NCBI GenBank assembly: GCA_964106645.2
Contig: OZ067051.1
From: Podarcis pityusensis
Taxonomy: Eukaryota
DNA length: 64,000 bases
Reading direction: 5' to 3' (one strand)
Shown here: in pieces, positions 1 through 13,596 of the stretch
Layout: every line of letters starts with the position of its first letter
Position numbering within the stretch: the first letter of the stretch is position 1
Made by a program: the position numbers and the translations under genes
The notes under the pieces: generated by a model
The model's database searches: none
What the model was told of the DNA's origin: nothing
What the model saw: the letters and a program-made list of their open reading frames with translations, nothing else

Positions 1-407
1 CTTCCCCCTTGATTACCCTTCTTTCTTAGCAGCCAATACAGAGAGGGCTTGGATATCCCACAGGAAGGCTTTCCCCCCAGGCTTCCTCCCCCTTGGATGC
101 TTTGATTCTTCCCATGTCCATGAGGATGTGGCCATATGGTGCCAGCTTCAGAATCTCTGGGTATCTCCAGCGTGACAGACCACAGTCCTCTGCCAGTGCT
201 GCTCATGCCACCCACCTTACAGGAAGGAGCTCTTTACTGAAGCTGTTTCTATGAAGCCAAAACATTTTGAAAAGTGAGTGATGTGTTTTGCATCATTGAT
301 CTTCCCTTCTACAATTTTGGTTCAAAAAAATTAAAACACAGTAAAATACATAATTTATTTTGTTCTTCAAAATAAGCTAATTGCTGCAATTTCCTTTTTC
401 TCTCCAG

Positions 408-504
408 AGATCAGTGGTCTCCTGAATTGCCAACTGCTCCTCTTGCACTTAATAAGGTACTGAAATTGGGGGCGGATGTGCTCCTCTCAAAGCAGGAGGA
501 GAAG
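408..504 (+). CDS. TEX9: TEX9 internal coding exon (DQWSPELP...KQEEK)
   Basis: Pyrimidine tract plus cag acceptor, AAG|gtaaca donor, open frame; phase matches the next exon; divergent region of the protein. Confidence 0.7.
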
Positions 505-1865
505 GTAACATTTGCTGTGTGTCTTCAATAGCAGTGGAGGCACAGAGAATCCATTCAGTGAGTCAGAGAATGAGGTGGGACAGTACCTGCCTCTCTTTGG
601 ATCATGGCTAGACTGAAGCAGGACAGTTGACCGGATGACAACTGTTCATCTTGGCTCTTATTTCTCTGCACCCAAGACAGATCTCCTGTGTAAGGAAATT
701 GTTCAAGGCCTTCATATTTTCTACTCTTTTTTTAAAAAAAACTTTGGGAATGGACACTTATATAGGAACCTCTTCAGTCAGAGCACATACAGTCACAAAC
801 ATTGTTACTTAAATTTAGTGCATTGATCTGAAGACATGTTTTGCAGATACAAAAATTGCTTATTATACCACTTACTTTAATGGTATCACAGTGAGCGTCA
901 TTCCCACGGAATCCAGTGACGCTTGCACCAAGGTGCGTTTGCGTAGGGCTTGTAGCCTTACATTGCTGAGTCCGCTTGTATGGGCTCAGATGCATGGGCT
1001 TGTAAGGATCGGGTGCATCCTTGCACAAAAGGAGCAGTGGAGAGTTGATGTGCGAGCCTGTGGGAGGAAATGAAAGAGCTTCTGGACAGGCCAGAGGTCT
1101 GTGGCCACAGGGCGTTTGTTTTTTGTTTGTTTGTTTGTTTGTGTTTGTATGTGATCCAGAACCAAGAGGAGCATTAAGAAAGATAGTCTAAATTTTCCAT
1201 GTTCCTTGTGGCCCTCTAGCGGTGGATCATTATTCGTTCTGTCTTTTGTCTCCAGTCTGCCAGGGGTCCAGGTCTGCACAGCTGCTCTTACACAAAAGAG
1301 GAATGATTGTGCCCTCCTTTCTAGGTCCTTTAATATGGACAAACAAGATAAAGATTGCAAACAGGATAGGGATACGATGATCAATAGGGGACACACAGTA
1401 GCCAGTGCAGTATTTAACCACTTAAAATTAATCTGAGTGTCACAGCACATGCTATCCTTTCACAGCAACCTAGGGAGAGAAGTTGAGCTGAGAGATGTTG
1501 ACTAGTGCAGCCGGAGAACTTTGTGCAAGGGTGGGGATTTGACTCTGCTTCACATGTAGTTAGAATAAACTGTTGTACAAAACCTGTGACTCTTAAGTTA
1601 CAGAAAAGCAGGCTTGGAGAAGAAAAATGCCACTGTTGGAGGCAGGATACTTCTCAATATCAGTTGATGGCAGTCTCAAGCGAGGAGAGTGCTGTTGTGC
1701 TCAGATCCTGCTCAGGGGCCTCCCTCAAGCCACCTGGTTGGCTGCTGGCTGCTGGACTAGGTGGGCCCCTGGCCTGAGCCAGCAGAGCTCCTCTTGTCTC
1801 CTTATGTCTAAGACCATGATATGCTTTAGGTAGCTAAGAGTTTTTGTTTTGTGAATTTTCCTTAG

Positions 1866-1951
1866 CAACCAAACAAGAAGAAACCTAGCTCTGCGTCTAC
1901 ATTTTGGACTAGGCCACTATCTGGAAAGAAGGGGAAAGGAACTCTGTCAAG
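1866..1951 (+). CDS. TEX9: TEX9 coding exon (QPNKKKPSS...GKGTLS)
   Basis: cttag acceptor, AAG|gtacag donor, phase 0 to 2 joins exon 2447. Confidence 0.8.
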
Positions 1952-2336
1952 GTACAGCAGCTGAATAGCACCCAGCTTATCTTAGGCATTTTTCAAAGTA
2001 CAACAGCAACTGGTGTTATCTTCTAACCATGCCTGGTGATAGTAACTACATGAACATAATTAAAAGTAAAGAGGCTAAAACTATTTTTGCCTATGTAGCA
2101 TTGACGGAGGCTAATAGCAAGGTGAACTGTTAAAAACAATCAACAAACCACTGAAAGCCTCTAACAGCATTCTGCTTTCTGAAGGAAGGGCAGCTTTAAA
2201 AAACTGCCTCACCCCAACAGCTAACAATCCCATCCATGTCACATTAATGATGTTCTATTTCACTGGGATTATTGGTCCTGTTGACTTTCAGGACCAGGCC
2301 TGGAGAAATCCCCGCTTTTCTAGAAAGGTGAAATAG

Positions 2337-2672
<336 letters not shown>

Positions 2673-3212
2673 TGACCTGTTCATATGATCTTTAAATTTT
2701 AAGGCCTCACATAGACAGGCTTTTTAACACATGCCTACTCTTTGAATTGGCAGTGTTTCATCTAGTTCCTAGAATGAGGGATAAATTATCAGTCACATGA
2801 GAAAACAGAGGTGTCTTTCAGTGTCTCAGAGTTTATTGCCCACCTGTGCTATCCTCATTGCTGCCATAGCTGCATCTCCTTTCTGCTTGTTTGGCAACAG
2901 CAGATCACTACACTTGGCAAGCCACCTGGGGTGGGAAATTGCTTTAGGTGTCCCTCCCTGCAAGGAATCCTTCCTGACGTCGTCCCAAGGGAAGGCTGGT
3001 AACATTGCACTTTTTAATCCTGTGCGCTCCCTTCAGACACTAGGGACCCCAGTCCAGGGAATTGAATGGCTTGTTTCATGGAATGTCTTTGCATCTATGA
3101 AGGATGTTCTAGAATTGTCAGTCTTCAAAACTTTTATATCATTGTACTATTAGCATAAGCATGTGGTTAAAAGCTATTCAGATGTTTTGAGGCTCTTTTC
3201 TGTCAGGTCTAG

Positions 3213-3377
<165 letters not shown>

Positions 3378-3895
3378 TAATATGTAGCAGCAACATCCTT
3401 GTATGAGGGGCTATATTGTTGGCTCACAATTGTTGCTAGCACCTAAATGTTACTCAGTGCAAGATTAAAGGTCTTTTCACATACTCACCAGCCAGGGATC
3501 TGAAGTGTATGCTTGTACATGGCCAAGGCTGTTCCTATAGCCAAGCCTGGGCTCTGGTCCACACTCACACTCCCTCAGCCAGTAACCTTCTGCAGGCAGC
3601 AAAACCTGTACTCTTCACCCGCAAGCAGAAATCCTACACAACAGACAATCCTTTTGATGCAGTCAACAAACAAATACTTTTCTGGCTGGTGCCAGGATAG
3701 TTCTAGTCTCTGCTTCGTTACTCCTCTGCTCCTCTAAAGCACTCTTGGGAAGAGCTGGGTGGGAAATGAACCTAAGAGGTAGAAGAACTGAGGCCTTGCT
3801 GGTGGTGCTAAAACCGATGGTAGGTGCTTCTTTTTTGCCCAGAGCTCCCTGGCCATGCTGCTGCCCAGAAGCTTCCAGCACCTGCTTGAATCGCA

Positions 3896-3946
3896 GAATT
3901 GTAGAGTTTGAAAGGACCCCAAGGGTCATCTAGTCCAGCCCCCTGA
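3896..3946 (-). mobile_element. CR1 LINE 3'-end fragment
   Basis: Reverse complement of the CR1-type terminus also seen at 14017-14146. Confidence 0.6.
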
Positions 3947-4121
3947 AAGGCAGAAATGTCAACTACGAATCAGAACGAAGGGGTAGTGGTCCATGGGCTT
4001 TATCAGATTTGGCAGCTTCTCTGCCACATTGTTAATCTTTGCACCTGGAAGACAACACACCTCCCATGACATCCTGTTTCCTCCACGCCCTACTGCCTGT
4101 CCCCCTCAGTAGGGAGTCACC

Positions 4122-4592
4122 TGTCAGGTGCTGGTGGTGGTTGCTCGTTAGTAACCAGGCAGGACTCTGACCTGTCTTTAACAGGTTTTATTTGGTGCAA
4201 ACCATTTACAGTGCAGAACCACAAAGTTCATGTCCGTCTTAGTCACTTGCAGATTCCGGGAGTGGCCCCTTCCAGTTTCTCCCCCAACATAAGAACTTAG
4301 ACACCCCAAATCTCCGCCTCCCCTCCTTACGTTTCACCCCTCTGCGTAAGCTGGGCGATGGAAACAGCGCGTCTGCCTCCTGGCCAGCCAGGCTAGGGGA
4401 GGCGCTTGGGCTCTCAGTAGCATCTTCAAGCCCTCCCCTCACTTGGCTGCCCCCTTCCCCCTCTGCTCCACTGGAGGTGTGGCTTTCACCACTGCTGGAC
4501 GAGGCGCTTCTGAGGCACTGCTCCTCGGAAGCGTTGAAGGCTCTCTGTATCCCCGTGCCTCCCTCCCCTGTTCCGATGGCAGTCCCCTGACA
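4122..4592 (-). mobile_element. Solo LTR (probably Gypsy type) in a TEX9 intron
   Basis: TGTCAGG...CCTGACA termini, 5-bp TSD tcacc/tcatc, minus-strand AATAAA at about 4187. Confidence 0.75.
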
Positions 4593-4869
4593 TCATCTAT
4601 CACCACCACCCGTCTCTTCCTCATCTGTGCCTTCCAAAGCCTCCCTGGAGTGTTCGAAGGTCTGCAAGTGCTACTTTGCACATAATTCCATTTGTAGAGA
4701 CAAAGACTTCCCAATTTTTTCTTTCTGGTAAGTTCAGTCACATTTTCTGAGCATCTTATTGAGGTGTGCATGTTAAACGAAAGGATGCAGCTTTTTCAAT
4801 CTGCCTTCCTCAAGTTAAACTTCCAAGAAAATGCAGTTATTGAGTGGCCCCTTAAATTCATCTGTAGAG

Positions 4870-5405
4870 AAGAAGGGGCTGCTGGATCAGGCCCATGGCC
4901 CACCTAGTTCAGCATCCTGTTCTCACAGTGGCCAACCAGATGCTTCGAAGGGAAGCCAAGCAGCAACTGGCATTTGAGGCGTCAGACCTCCCAATGTTGG
5001 AGGCAGACCGTGGTCACCATGGCTAGTAACCATTGATAACTTTATCTTCCATGAATTTGTCTAATCCTCTTTTAAAGTTCTCCAAGTTAGTGGCCATCAC
5101 TAGGGCTAGACGATATATCAATATATCACCAAAAACCAGTTTGAAATCCATATTGTGATAGCAGTTTCATAATTTTTGACCTGGCAATTATCACAAATTG
5201 TGATGTGTGTCTGCTATGCAAAAATCACAATGTGGGAAAAACCGTGAAGCCAGCCAATGCCTCTGCATAACTCCATCCTTATTTCAGACATCATGGTGTA
5301 TCAATATGTTGTGAGGTTTAGCTGATGATATACCACGGTGTTGAAATCCAGATATCGCCCAGCCCTAGTCTTCACTACTTATGAAAGCAAATTGCATATT
5401 TAAAC
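4870..5405 (-). mobile_element. CR1-clade LINE 3' fragment interrupted by a hAT MITE
   Basis: ctgctggatcaggcc..tagttcagcatcctg terminus; sequence appears to resume after 5367; related pieces at about 37415-37660, 46990-47080, 63150-63225. Confidence 0.55.
5101..5367. mobile_element. hAT-type MITE
   Basis: TIRs TAGGGCTAGACGATAT / ATATCGCCCAGCCCTA; 8-bp TSD gccatcac/gtcttcac. Confidence 0.75.
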
Positions 5406-5436
5406 TCAGTTCAGTAAGTTAATTCTTGGTCTTCAG

Positions 5437-5610
5437 GATGAAGAAAATCAGAAGTTAAGCAGCTCCCTAAAAGAGGCTGAAGAAGAGCGTGGGAGGCTGC
5501 AGCGAACAGCCAGTGTACAGCAATCTCAAATAGAAAAGTATAAAATGCTGTCAGAAGAAGCAAACAGTAAAAGTGAAGGACTGCAGCAGAAGTGCTGTGC
5601 ACTAGAAAAG
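5437..5610 (+). CDS. TEX9: TEX9 coding exon (DEENQKL..QQSQIEKYK..ALEK), coiled coil
   Basis: cag/gtaaca boundaries, 174 nt, phase 0. Confidence 0.95.
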
Positions 5611-6388
5611 GTAACAAGATCCCCATTTCAGCCTCATTACATGGCAATATGTCACTGGACTGGCCGCCCTCAGTTTAATTCCCATCTTGCAGAAAAGTAC
5701 AGAGAAAGGGAAAGCAGCCATTTCATTGCTCCCAAGGCAGGAGCCAGGGCAAGGGCAAAGGGTGTTTTGCTCGGCTCCTGTGATCAGATAAATCAAATTT
5801 GGATATATTATTAGGGAAATTGTTTCTGTCTTATTTTCCCTCCATAGGGGCATTTTCTCCATGTAGGGAGAAGAACAGCGCTGTACTTCAGCACCCTTTT
5901 CACTCTCCTGCTTCTTGCAGTCAGGGCGGACAACAGTCCCATATATATTTCCCACAGTGCTGTGCTGAAAGTGATGTTAAATTTTGAAAAAACACCAACA
6001 GATAGCTGTAGAATGATATAATGCACACAAAGCCAGCATAAGCATGGAAAGGATGCCACAATAAGAAAGCAAACAGCATTGATCTTGGCAGAACAGAGAG
6101 GTCTTCTCCCCATCTTCTGAAAGTCAACAAGGTGGTGGCCTGGCAGGAGCACCTCCAAAGAGAAATGTTCCTCCCTGGTTGCAGGAATTTGCAGCAATGG
6201 ACTTCTTGCAAAGCATCCACCTAGTGTGCTGGGTCCTGTCACCTGGGAAGTCCTTCATCTAGTCTCCAGTGCTGCTGCCCTCTGGGCTAAACAGGCACAT
6301 GAGAATCCAGCACCCGCCACCTCCAGAACCCTAAGTGCATGTTGCTGTAAATCTTCATCCTGTTTTCTGTTTTAACTTACTGTAATAG

Positions 6389-6541
<153 letters not shown>

Positions 6542-7218
6542 TAGAAAACAGGAAAAACCAGCAGAGGTACATGATGTCCAAGTTTAAGTTCACTCTGCAA
6601 TAGCCCCCTGTAACTTCCTTAGCCGTCTAGATCTTAGGGCAGATTGTCCCATTTTATTTTCACAACAACCCTGTCAGGTAGGTTAGACTGAAAGTTACCA
6701 AGTGAACAAGGCTGGCATACTTTTTAATAATTCTCTCCCCCTCCCCATGTTTTTAGCTGAATTTATTTTTATCTGTAAGCTAACTTGAGACTATGTCAGG
6801 GGGAAAGGTGGGGTAACAACAACACTGTATCTTTGTCCTCAACACTGTCCATACATCTGTTTATGCCAAACACAGCAGTCAGAGTCAAATATGAAATTAA
6901 ATAGAATTCCAGGAGAATTTCTTTTGGTTGCAGAATTATAGATGCCTGGATGTTGTTATTGTGTGCCTGGAATACACACCTCACAGTGACTAACTGGCCC
7001 CCTTTGCTTTAGAAAGAGGTTCATCACCTGAATCACGTGCAGTGCCTTTTTTTGAGGCAGTACGCCATAGTGCTACCTATGCCTCGCCCTGCAGTACACC
7101 TTTACCTGCCACTTCCCGCAGTGACAGGCACATCCTCTTAGAGGCGCTTTGGCACGACCCTTTTATGATTTCCAAGTTCCTGGAAAGCGCTTTGGTGATT
7201 GTAAAAGGGTTGTGCCAA

Positions 7219-7243
7219 AGTAGTAGTAGTAGTAGTAGTAGTA

Positions 7244-7287
<44 letters not shown>
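7219..7287 (+). repeat. Compound microsatellite (AGT)n(AAT)n
   Basis: Read directly. Confidence 0.95.
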
Positions 7288-7288
<1 letters not shown>

Positions 7289-7532
7289 TGCCTCTGGGAG
7301 GCTGTGCCTACTGCTGTGGGAAGCGGCAGCAGGCAAAGGTGTGAGTGGGGTTGGGAGCAAGCAGGCAAACGGTGGCGGGATAGGAGGGGATGGAGGGTCT
7401 GGTGCATTGTGGCACCTTTTTCCTAGAAATAAAGCACTGGTCCTATGACTGAACCTTCCCTTTTGGAATGACATGCTCTGGGTTCTACAAGAACATCCCA
7501 AAGGATTCTACTCATAGCTGCTTATAAAGGCG

Positions 7533-7856
7533 TAAAGGTAAAGGGACCCCTGACCATTAGGTCCAGTCGCGGACAACTCTGGGGTTGCGGTGCTCGTCTC
7601 GCTTTACTGGCCGAGGGAGCTGACATACAGCTTCTGGGTCATGTGGCCAGCATGACTAAGCCCCTTCTAGCGAACCAGAGCAGCGCACGGTACCTATTTA
7701 TCTACTTGCACTTTGACATGCTTTCGAACTGCTAGGTTGGCAGGAGCAGGGACCAAGCAATGGGAGCTCACCCCATCACGGGGATTTGAACTGCCGACCT
7801 TCTGATCAGCAAGCCCTAGGCTCTGTGGTTTAACCCACAGCGCCATCCGCGTCCCC
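7533..7856 (-). mobile_element. Sauria SINE with internal 29-nt deletion
   Basis: taaaggtaaagggacccctgacc... (reverse ACCTTT tail); aligns with copies at 15175 and 21124. Confidence 0.92.
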
Positions 7857-7898
7857 TGTAAAGGCATAACACACACTATATCCTTCCTCTCCCACTAG

Positions 7899-8084
<186 letters not shown>

Positions 8085-9052
8085 TAGGACTCTTTTGAAT
8101 TTATTTGATTGGGTGGGGAGACAAGGGAGGCAATGGCAAAATATGAAACGGAGGCCCCAAATTCCAAGAAGGTTAAGATCATTTTCAGAACTATGGTGTG
8201 GTACAACTTTGGATTACACAATTGAGCCAACATAAACTAGAATTATGGGCTGCTTTAGGACTAGGACATGAGACTTGCATTGAACCAGTCCAGAAAAAGG
8301 CAAGGAGGGAGAACTTCCCTTCCCAGGTATCAGTATTAGCAACTGGGTCATTCTGTCTTTTGTCTACTACATTGAGAGATTTAAGAACTGCTCTGTTTGA
8401 ACAAATACAATTTCTTTTTCATTGTGTCTTACTAGACAGAAAACTTTCCTGGGGAGAAAAGGGAAAGCAAGTCTTAGTATTAGCAAGGCAGCAGTTAACC
8501 ATCGAGCACATTTGGGTGGCCTAGCCAGCCTCCAGCTACATCTGTTCCTAAACTTTCTCTTGGAAGTGGTTTGGACTTAAGAACAGACAACTTCCTTAAG
8601 ACAATTGTTTGAAAAATAAGCTAAGTACTGCAGCTGAACCACCACCAGGGAAGTTGTGCAGAGCCAATAGGTCTGAAAAGGATTTGGGCTGCTTTGTCTC
8701 AGAAAGCACCAGCAGCTTGAGCAGTGGCTTCAAGCATCCCAAGTGATCTGCTCCCTCCAGCTGACTCAGCTATAGTCAGGTAACTTCATTATCTGTCATA
8801 GTAAGTAGGAGATGGATGGAGCTGGTCTAGAGGGGGAGAACCAGTTTTATCGTCAAGGGTGAAGATGGCCAGTTTTATAATTCAGCATAAATGCTTGGAA
8901 GAAACTCTTACATAACAGAAGGATAAGTGGCTTGGCTTCCTTCTTACCTGCACTTTGATTTTACAAATGTTAAAATAGGGAATAAGGTAAATTTTGTCAG
9001 AGTTAAATTTTTCATGCAACTATTATTGAATTGTTTTTCCCCCTTTCCTTAG

Positions 9053-9130
9053 ATGCACATTGAATCTGCAAAGATGCTTTCTTTCACTGAAGAAGAGTTT
9101 ATGAAAGCCCTGGAATGGGGAAATTCTTAA
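9053..9130 (+). CDS. TEX9: TEX9 last coding exon (MHIESAKMLSFTEEEFMKALEWGNS*)
   Basis: Near-identical to recalled TEX9 C-terminus; TAA stop. Confidence 0.96.
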   Translation: MHIESAKMLSFTEEEFMKALEWGNS

Positions 9131-9468
9131 TGTTCAACACTGGACAGAAACACAATTAACATTCAGCACTATGGTGGCTCAAAAAACAAACATGTTTTAA
9201 AGCAAATCCACTTAAGTTTTCTCAAACACTGGAATGTGTTGATTTTAGTGTAGTATCAGCTCCTGTTTGGTGTCTCCTCCTCACTGTTATTGCCAGCTGC
9301 CATTTGGTTCATCTTCCTCCATTTATGCAATTGTACTGACGACTGCTGTTGTCTTCCAGGTTATCAAGACTAGCTTGGGGAGCTTCACATATTCCACTGA
9401 CACTAAAGACTCCCTTAAGTTTATGAGTTACTTCATCAGTAGCTTAGTAAAGCCTTTTTGTTTTTCAC

Positions 9469-9474
9469 AATAAA
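9469..9474 (+). terminator. Candidate TEX9 polyadenylation signal AATAAA (second one at 9571)
   Basis: AATAAA about 340 nt after the stop. Confidence 0.5.
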
Positions 9475-9913
9475 GTTGTTATTTTCCAAGTTTCCTGTCC
9501 ATCATTAAATAACAAGAGCTGCTTCTGAGCAAGGTTACTCCCATGTCACAGTTCCCTCCACAGAAGCACAAATAAATGAGTACATTTCCAATCACTTATT
9601 AAATAAGCTGTAGACGTTTTAGCTATATATGAATTTAAAGCATTTTTAAAGTAAACACACTTGAAGCTATCAGACTTTTGCAACAACTTCATTTCTGTCA
9701 AGTGAAGATAAATTCAGCTCCCCATTTCCAGCATAAGCACAAAACGCAAACAAAAGTAGCTATTTTTGCAGAAATAATTTTATCACTATAAAAACGAAGG
9801 CAGTTGAAAGACACATGGAATGATTTAGAGGCAAAAATTACCTAGCAGTAAGAACACTGCACTCTATACAGTCCCAGGGCTTCTTCGAATACTTCTTGAA
9901 GCAAACTTAGGTC

Positions 9914-10012
9914 TCAATTGTCGTGTGCTGGCCCATCGCTTTTTCTCTTTTGATAAGCTTGCCGGAACTCTTCTCCCAGCATGTTAACATCTTGCTCATC
10001 TTTAAGAACTCC
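9914..10012 (-). CDS. MNS1: MNS1 last coding exon (GVLKDEQDVNMLGEEFRQAYQKRK..*)
   Basis: Resembles recalled MNS1 C-terminus LLGEEFRKVYQ; cag acceptor, TGA stop. Confidence 0.93.
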   Translation of the reverse strand, partial: GVLKDEQDVNMLGEEFRQAYQKRKSDGPAHDN

Positions 10013-11656
10013 CTGAACATACAAAGAACAGTATTCAATTCAAAATGACACCATAAAAGGCATTTTAAGATTGTAGTTACTGGAACTCTAAGAATTAGCC
10101 TGCATAGTAAAGTTCTCAAACACTTTTTATTTTGCACAACATTTAATGGTTTGTGCTTTGTTCTATGTTGCATTTAATTCTTTTTATCCTGCTAACTGTA
10201 CTTTGCTTAAGTGGCAATGGCACTGTTTACCAAACTGGAGTTTGGTGATAAGCTTCCACTATAGTGATGTATTGTGATATGCAAGTATGAAGTTCTGGAT
10301 TAGTGGAAGCAGGGGTCAAGGCTGTAAGATTTTTGCATTTTGAGAAAATAAATCTCAAAGCAGCCTTGCCCCTTCTAGACTATCAGATTCTCCCATTCTA
10401 GCTGCTCCAGGAGCCATTTTTGCACACTGCCAGGCAGCAGGATCAACTTGAGACTTGAGGCCTTCTAAACCTCACCACCACTCATTACAGCCCCCTCTGG
10501 AAATTCTAGATTCCCATTGATTGTGGCCCGTTTCCCATCTCAGTGGAAACATCTCAGGCCACCTGAGCCCAGCAAATATGTGGGTAGGGTTACAAGGAAG
10601 ACTACATGACTATACCCAAGGTAGTTCTCTCCCTGGATTCAGAGGCATGTGGGAGAGTATACACCCTTGCTGCAGGGCCTCCCTGTGCCAGACTCCCTCA
10701 ATGTGTGAACTGGCGGGAGAGGGAAAACCTTATGTACTGCAGCCACTAAATTCAGCAAGGAAGGATGGAGAAGGGGGTGAAGAGACAGAAACATCAAAAC
10801 CTGAAGGGGGACTGACAGGCAAGGGCACAGAGGGACCTCTGGGGAAGGCAAAGAGAAATGAGGGAAGGCAGCAGTTGAGTACAAAAACAACTAGAGCACC
10901 ATATTGAGAACGCAGGGGTGAAAGGGTGAGAAGCGGGGGAAAGTGAAAGGTTTTAAAACAGCAGAGCTTTACTCTGAGTAAATATACATGAGGAAGCATC
11001 TTTTACAGGTTTGCCCTGCCTTCTCTACTAACCCATCCTTCCCCACTTTGTCCCAGAATCAAAACAAGATTCCACTCCAAAATCCCCTCTTTCTTTCACA
11101 AATAAACAAATGTTAAACACCCTATCCATGCCATTCCCCCCCCTTCCCCCTTTACACTCAAGCTCTTTTCAGACATTCAGTTTGCATGTGTGAAAGACTA
11201 AGTGCCAATGTGCAGGACTCCTGTCCCAGTGTTGGAAACCCTACATGCAAGTAAGCCAGCCCCCCTTCAGACTAACAAGGTGTTTGCCTGGTGTGCAGAG
11301 TATCATTGAGAGAGCAGAGCTCACTGCACATTCTCCCTTGCCTGTTCAAAGCAAACCCCCAAAGAGTGTTTCAGTCATTCAGCTTTACTTTTTCTCCCAT
11401 CTATCCCAGTCTAAGCCTTGTTCATTTGTCCTTTAAGACAGGTGAATGTGGGCTTCAGTCTTGCATGATTAGAATTCCATTTTTCACCAGAATCCACATA
11501 GATTTTCCATGTGAACGATGAGAGCTGGCCATGGGAGAGACTGCCTGCCCCTGCTCCAATGTTAAATGCTACCTGGATATCCTAATGCAAGTGTAGGGAA
11601 CTTTGCTGCTGCTGCTGCTATTTCACCCCCATTAAGCTGCATTTGTCTCTACTTAC

Positions 11657-11782
11657 TCTGGGAAGATATCCCAATAGTTTAACTGCGTGTTCTTTAAGCA
11701 GCTTCTGCCGCTCCTCCTCAATGATGTCATTAACAATGCCTTTCCTTCTTTCTTCAAGCTGCATTTCTTCAAGTTCACGTTC
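11657..11782 (-). CDS. MNS1: MNS1 exon 9 (ERELEEMQ..IIEEERQKLLKEHAVKLLGYLPR)
   Basis: MNS1 motif LLKEHAxxLLGYLP; tag/gtaagt. Confidence 0.95.
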
Positions 11783-12063
11783 CTATACAGAAGTAATAAA
11801 AATGTATTACCTTTTTCTAGTTCAAAACCCAATTTCATGAAGCTATGGGAGATTTTTGCCCTGTGAAAAACAAAATGCTTCTGCTCTGGCTTTAAAGCCA
11901 CGGGTTGCTCTAATATTCCCCCCCCCCCCCCGCAATGTTTTTTATTAAAGATTTTCTTAGTTTATAAAAGTGCATGCATTGCCCTACTTGAAATGTTGTG
12001 TACAGAACCTGGAGCTGCCTTATTAGCTCTGGTTAGTTTTGTCAAAAGAGGCCAGTTTCTCAC

Positions 12064-12321
12064 CTTGTCTGCAATGAACTGCTTTCTCCGCTCTTCAATG
12101 AGCTTCTCTACTTCTCGCCTATGTTCCAGCTGCTTCATTCTTCGCTTCTGAGCATTCATTTGCTCAACGCGGTCGTCCTCGGCAAACTTGGCCAGCATGG
12201 ACTGGCGGAAGGCCTCCTCCTCCTCCTTCATGGCCTGCCGCATCACCTCCCTCATGGCCAACTGGTCTTCGTACGCTTTGCGCAATTCCAGGCGCTGCCT
12301 AAGTTTCTTCTCCAACTCTTC
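12064..12321 (-). CDS. MNS1: MNS1 exon 8 (..MLAKFAEDDRVEQMNAQKRRMKQLEHRR..)
   Basis: Signature KFAEDDRxEQMNAQKRRMK; 258 nt, phase 0. Confidence 0.97.
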
Positions 12322-13408
12322 CTACAGGGAAGGAGTGTACAGCATACAACAGTCATTAAAACAAAAAAAGTACTGCCAGTTCACAGGGTGAACAGTTAGG
12401 CAAGATACAGGCAACTCCCGTTTTATGTGCCACCTTGTACGCACGGGCCATTTTCAGACCCAGAAGAAGGTGTGATGGGGGCATAACAGGATGAGGTGGG
12501 CTTATGTGCACTCCACCAATGCATACAATGACCCAGAATGCAACCCCCAGGAATTGCCTGCACTGCTTCCTTCAATACTGTCGTTCCCAAACCTTTTTCT
12601 CCATGGGCTACCTGAAAAGTGCTGAGAGTCTTGGAGGACCATTTAATGATTTTTCTGCCTGTTGTAGCAAATGTAACACACTGCACTACATGCTGTATGA
12701 TTTTTTATGGAATCCAAATTAAACTTCTTAATTGTAGCCTCACATTATCTTTGCTGCTAATCTTCCCTGCCCCTTTTCAAGTGCTTTCTCCCCTGATCAC
12801 TTCCAGCCCATCCCACACACCTTCCAGGTGGTCCACCAGGTTCTAAGAATGACAGAGCTGCTGCTGCAGCTGCCGTTCCTCAGAGACATGCCACAGACCA
12901 GCTGATAGAGGCTTCTGGATCACTGATGGTCCGTGGACCACAGCTTGGGAAACCTTGCTTCAATACCTTTATATTGTGATAACTTGTCATCTAAGATGGT
13001 TTATGAGACATGGGAACACCTGATGGGGAAGAGGGAGGATCCTGGGGCAAGTGCAGCCTTTCTCCTCAAGCAGGCAAGACCTGGAGAGGAGTGTTACATG
13101 GCCCCTGGCAAAGCACCCTCACAAATTCATGTTGGATGAGATACTGTCCCTTGGGAAGAAGGAAGTACAGAAAGGGCTACTGCTTTGTCTACGTGAAGGG
13201 GGTATATTTAAGGAAGACAAAGATGTCTGCAGCAATATGAAGTAGTGGAGGTTAACAAGCCATGGAAACTAACTAAAGCTCTTGAAGCTGATATCTCACA
13301 GGGAGGGCAATGGGGGAGGCAGGGAAATGTGTTTTTCAATAATTATTATTTAACTACTAAAATCTCTTGTGCAGGCCCACGACAAGACTAAAATCTGCAT
13401 TCACTTAC

Positions 13409-13516
13409 CATCTCCTTCTTTCGGTTTTCCTCTTCTCGTTCTTCGAAATACAGCTCTTCACGGATTTGCTCAAGCTCTTCCCGTTCCTGCTGCTCCTTTT
13501 CTAGAGCCTCTTCAAG
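13409..13516 (-). CDS. MNS1: MNS1 exon 7 (LEEALEKEQQEREELEQIREELYFEE..)
   Basis: cag/gtaagt, 108 nt. Confidence 0.95.
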
Positions 13517-13596
13517 CTGTCATGGAGAGGGAGGAGATTTTAGGCACCTGCTGCCTCTCATATCAAAGGAAGGAAATTTAAGAGGCATTTCAATAC

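Noticed and set aside
7042-7501. ORFs with poly-N/S/I/T/Y
   Set aside because: Translations of the (AGT)n(AAT)n microsatellite
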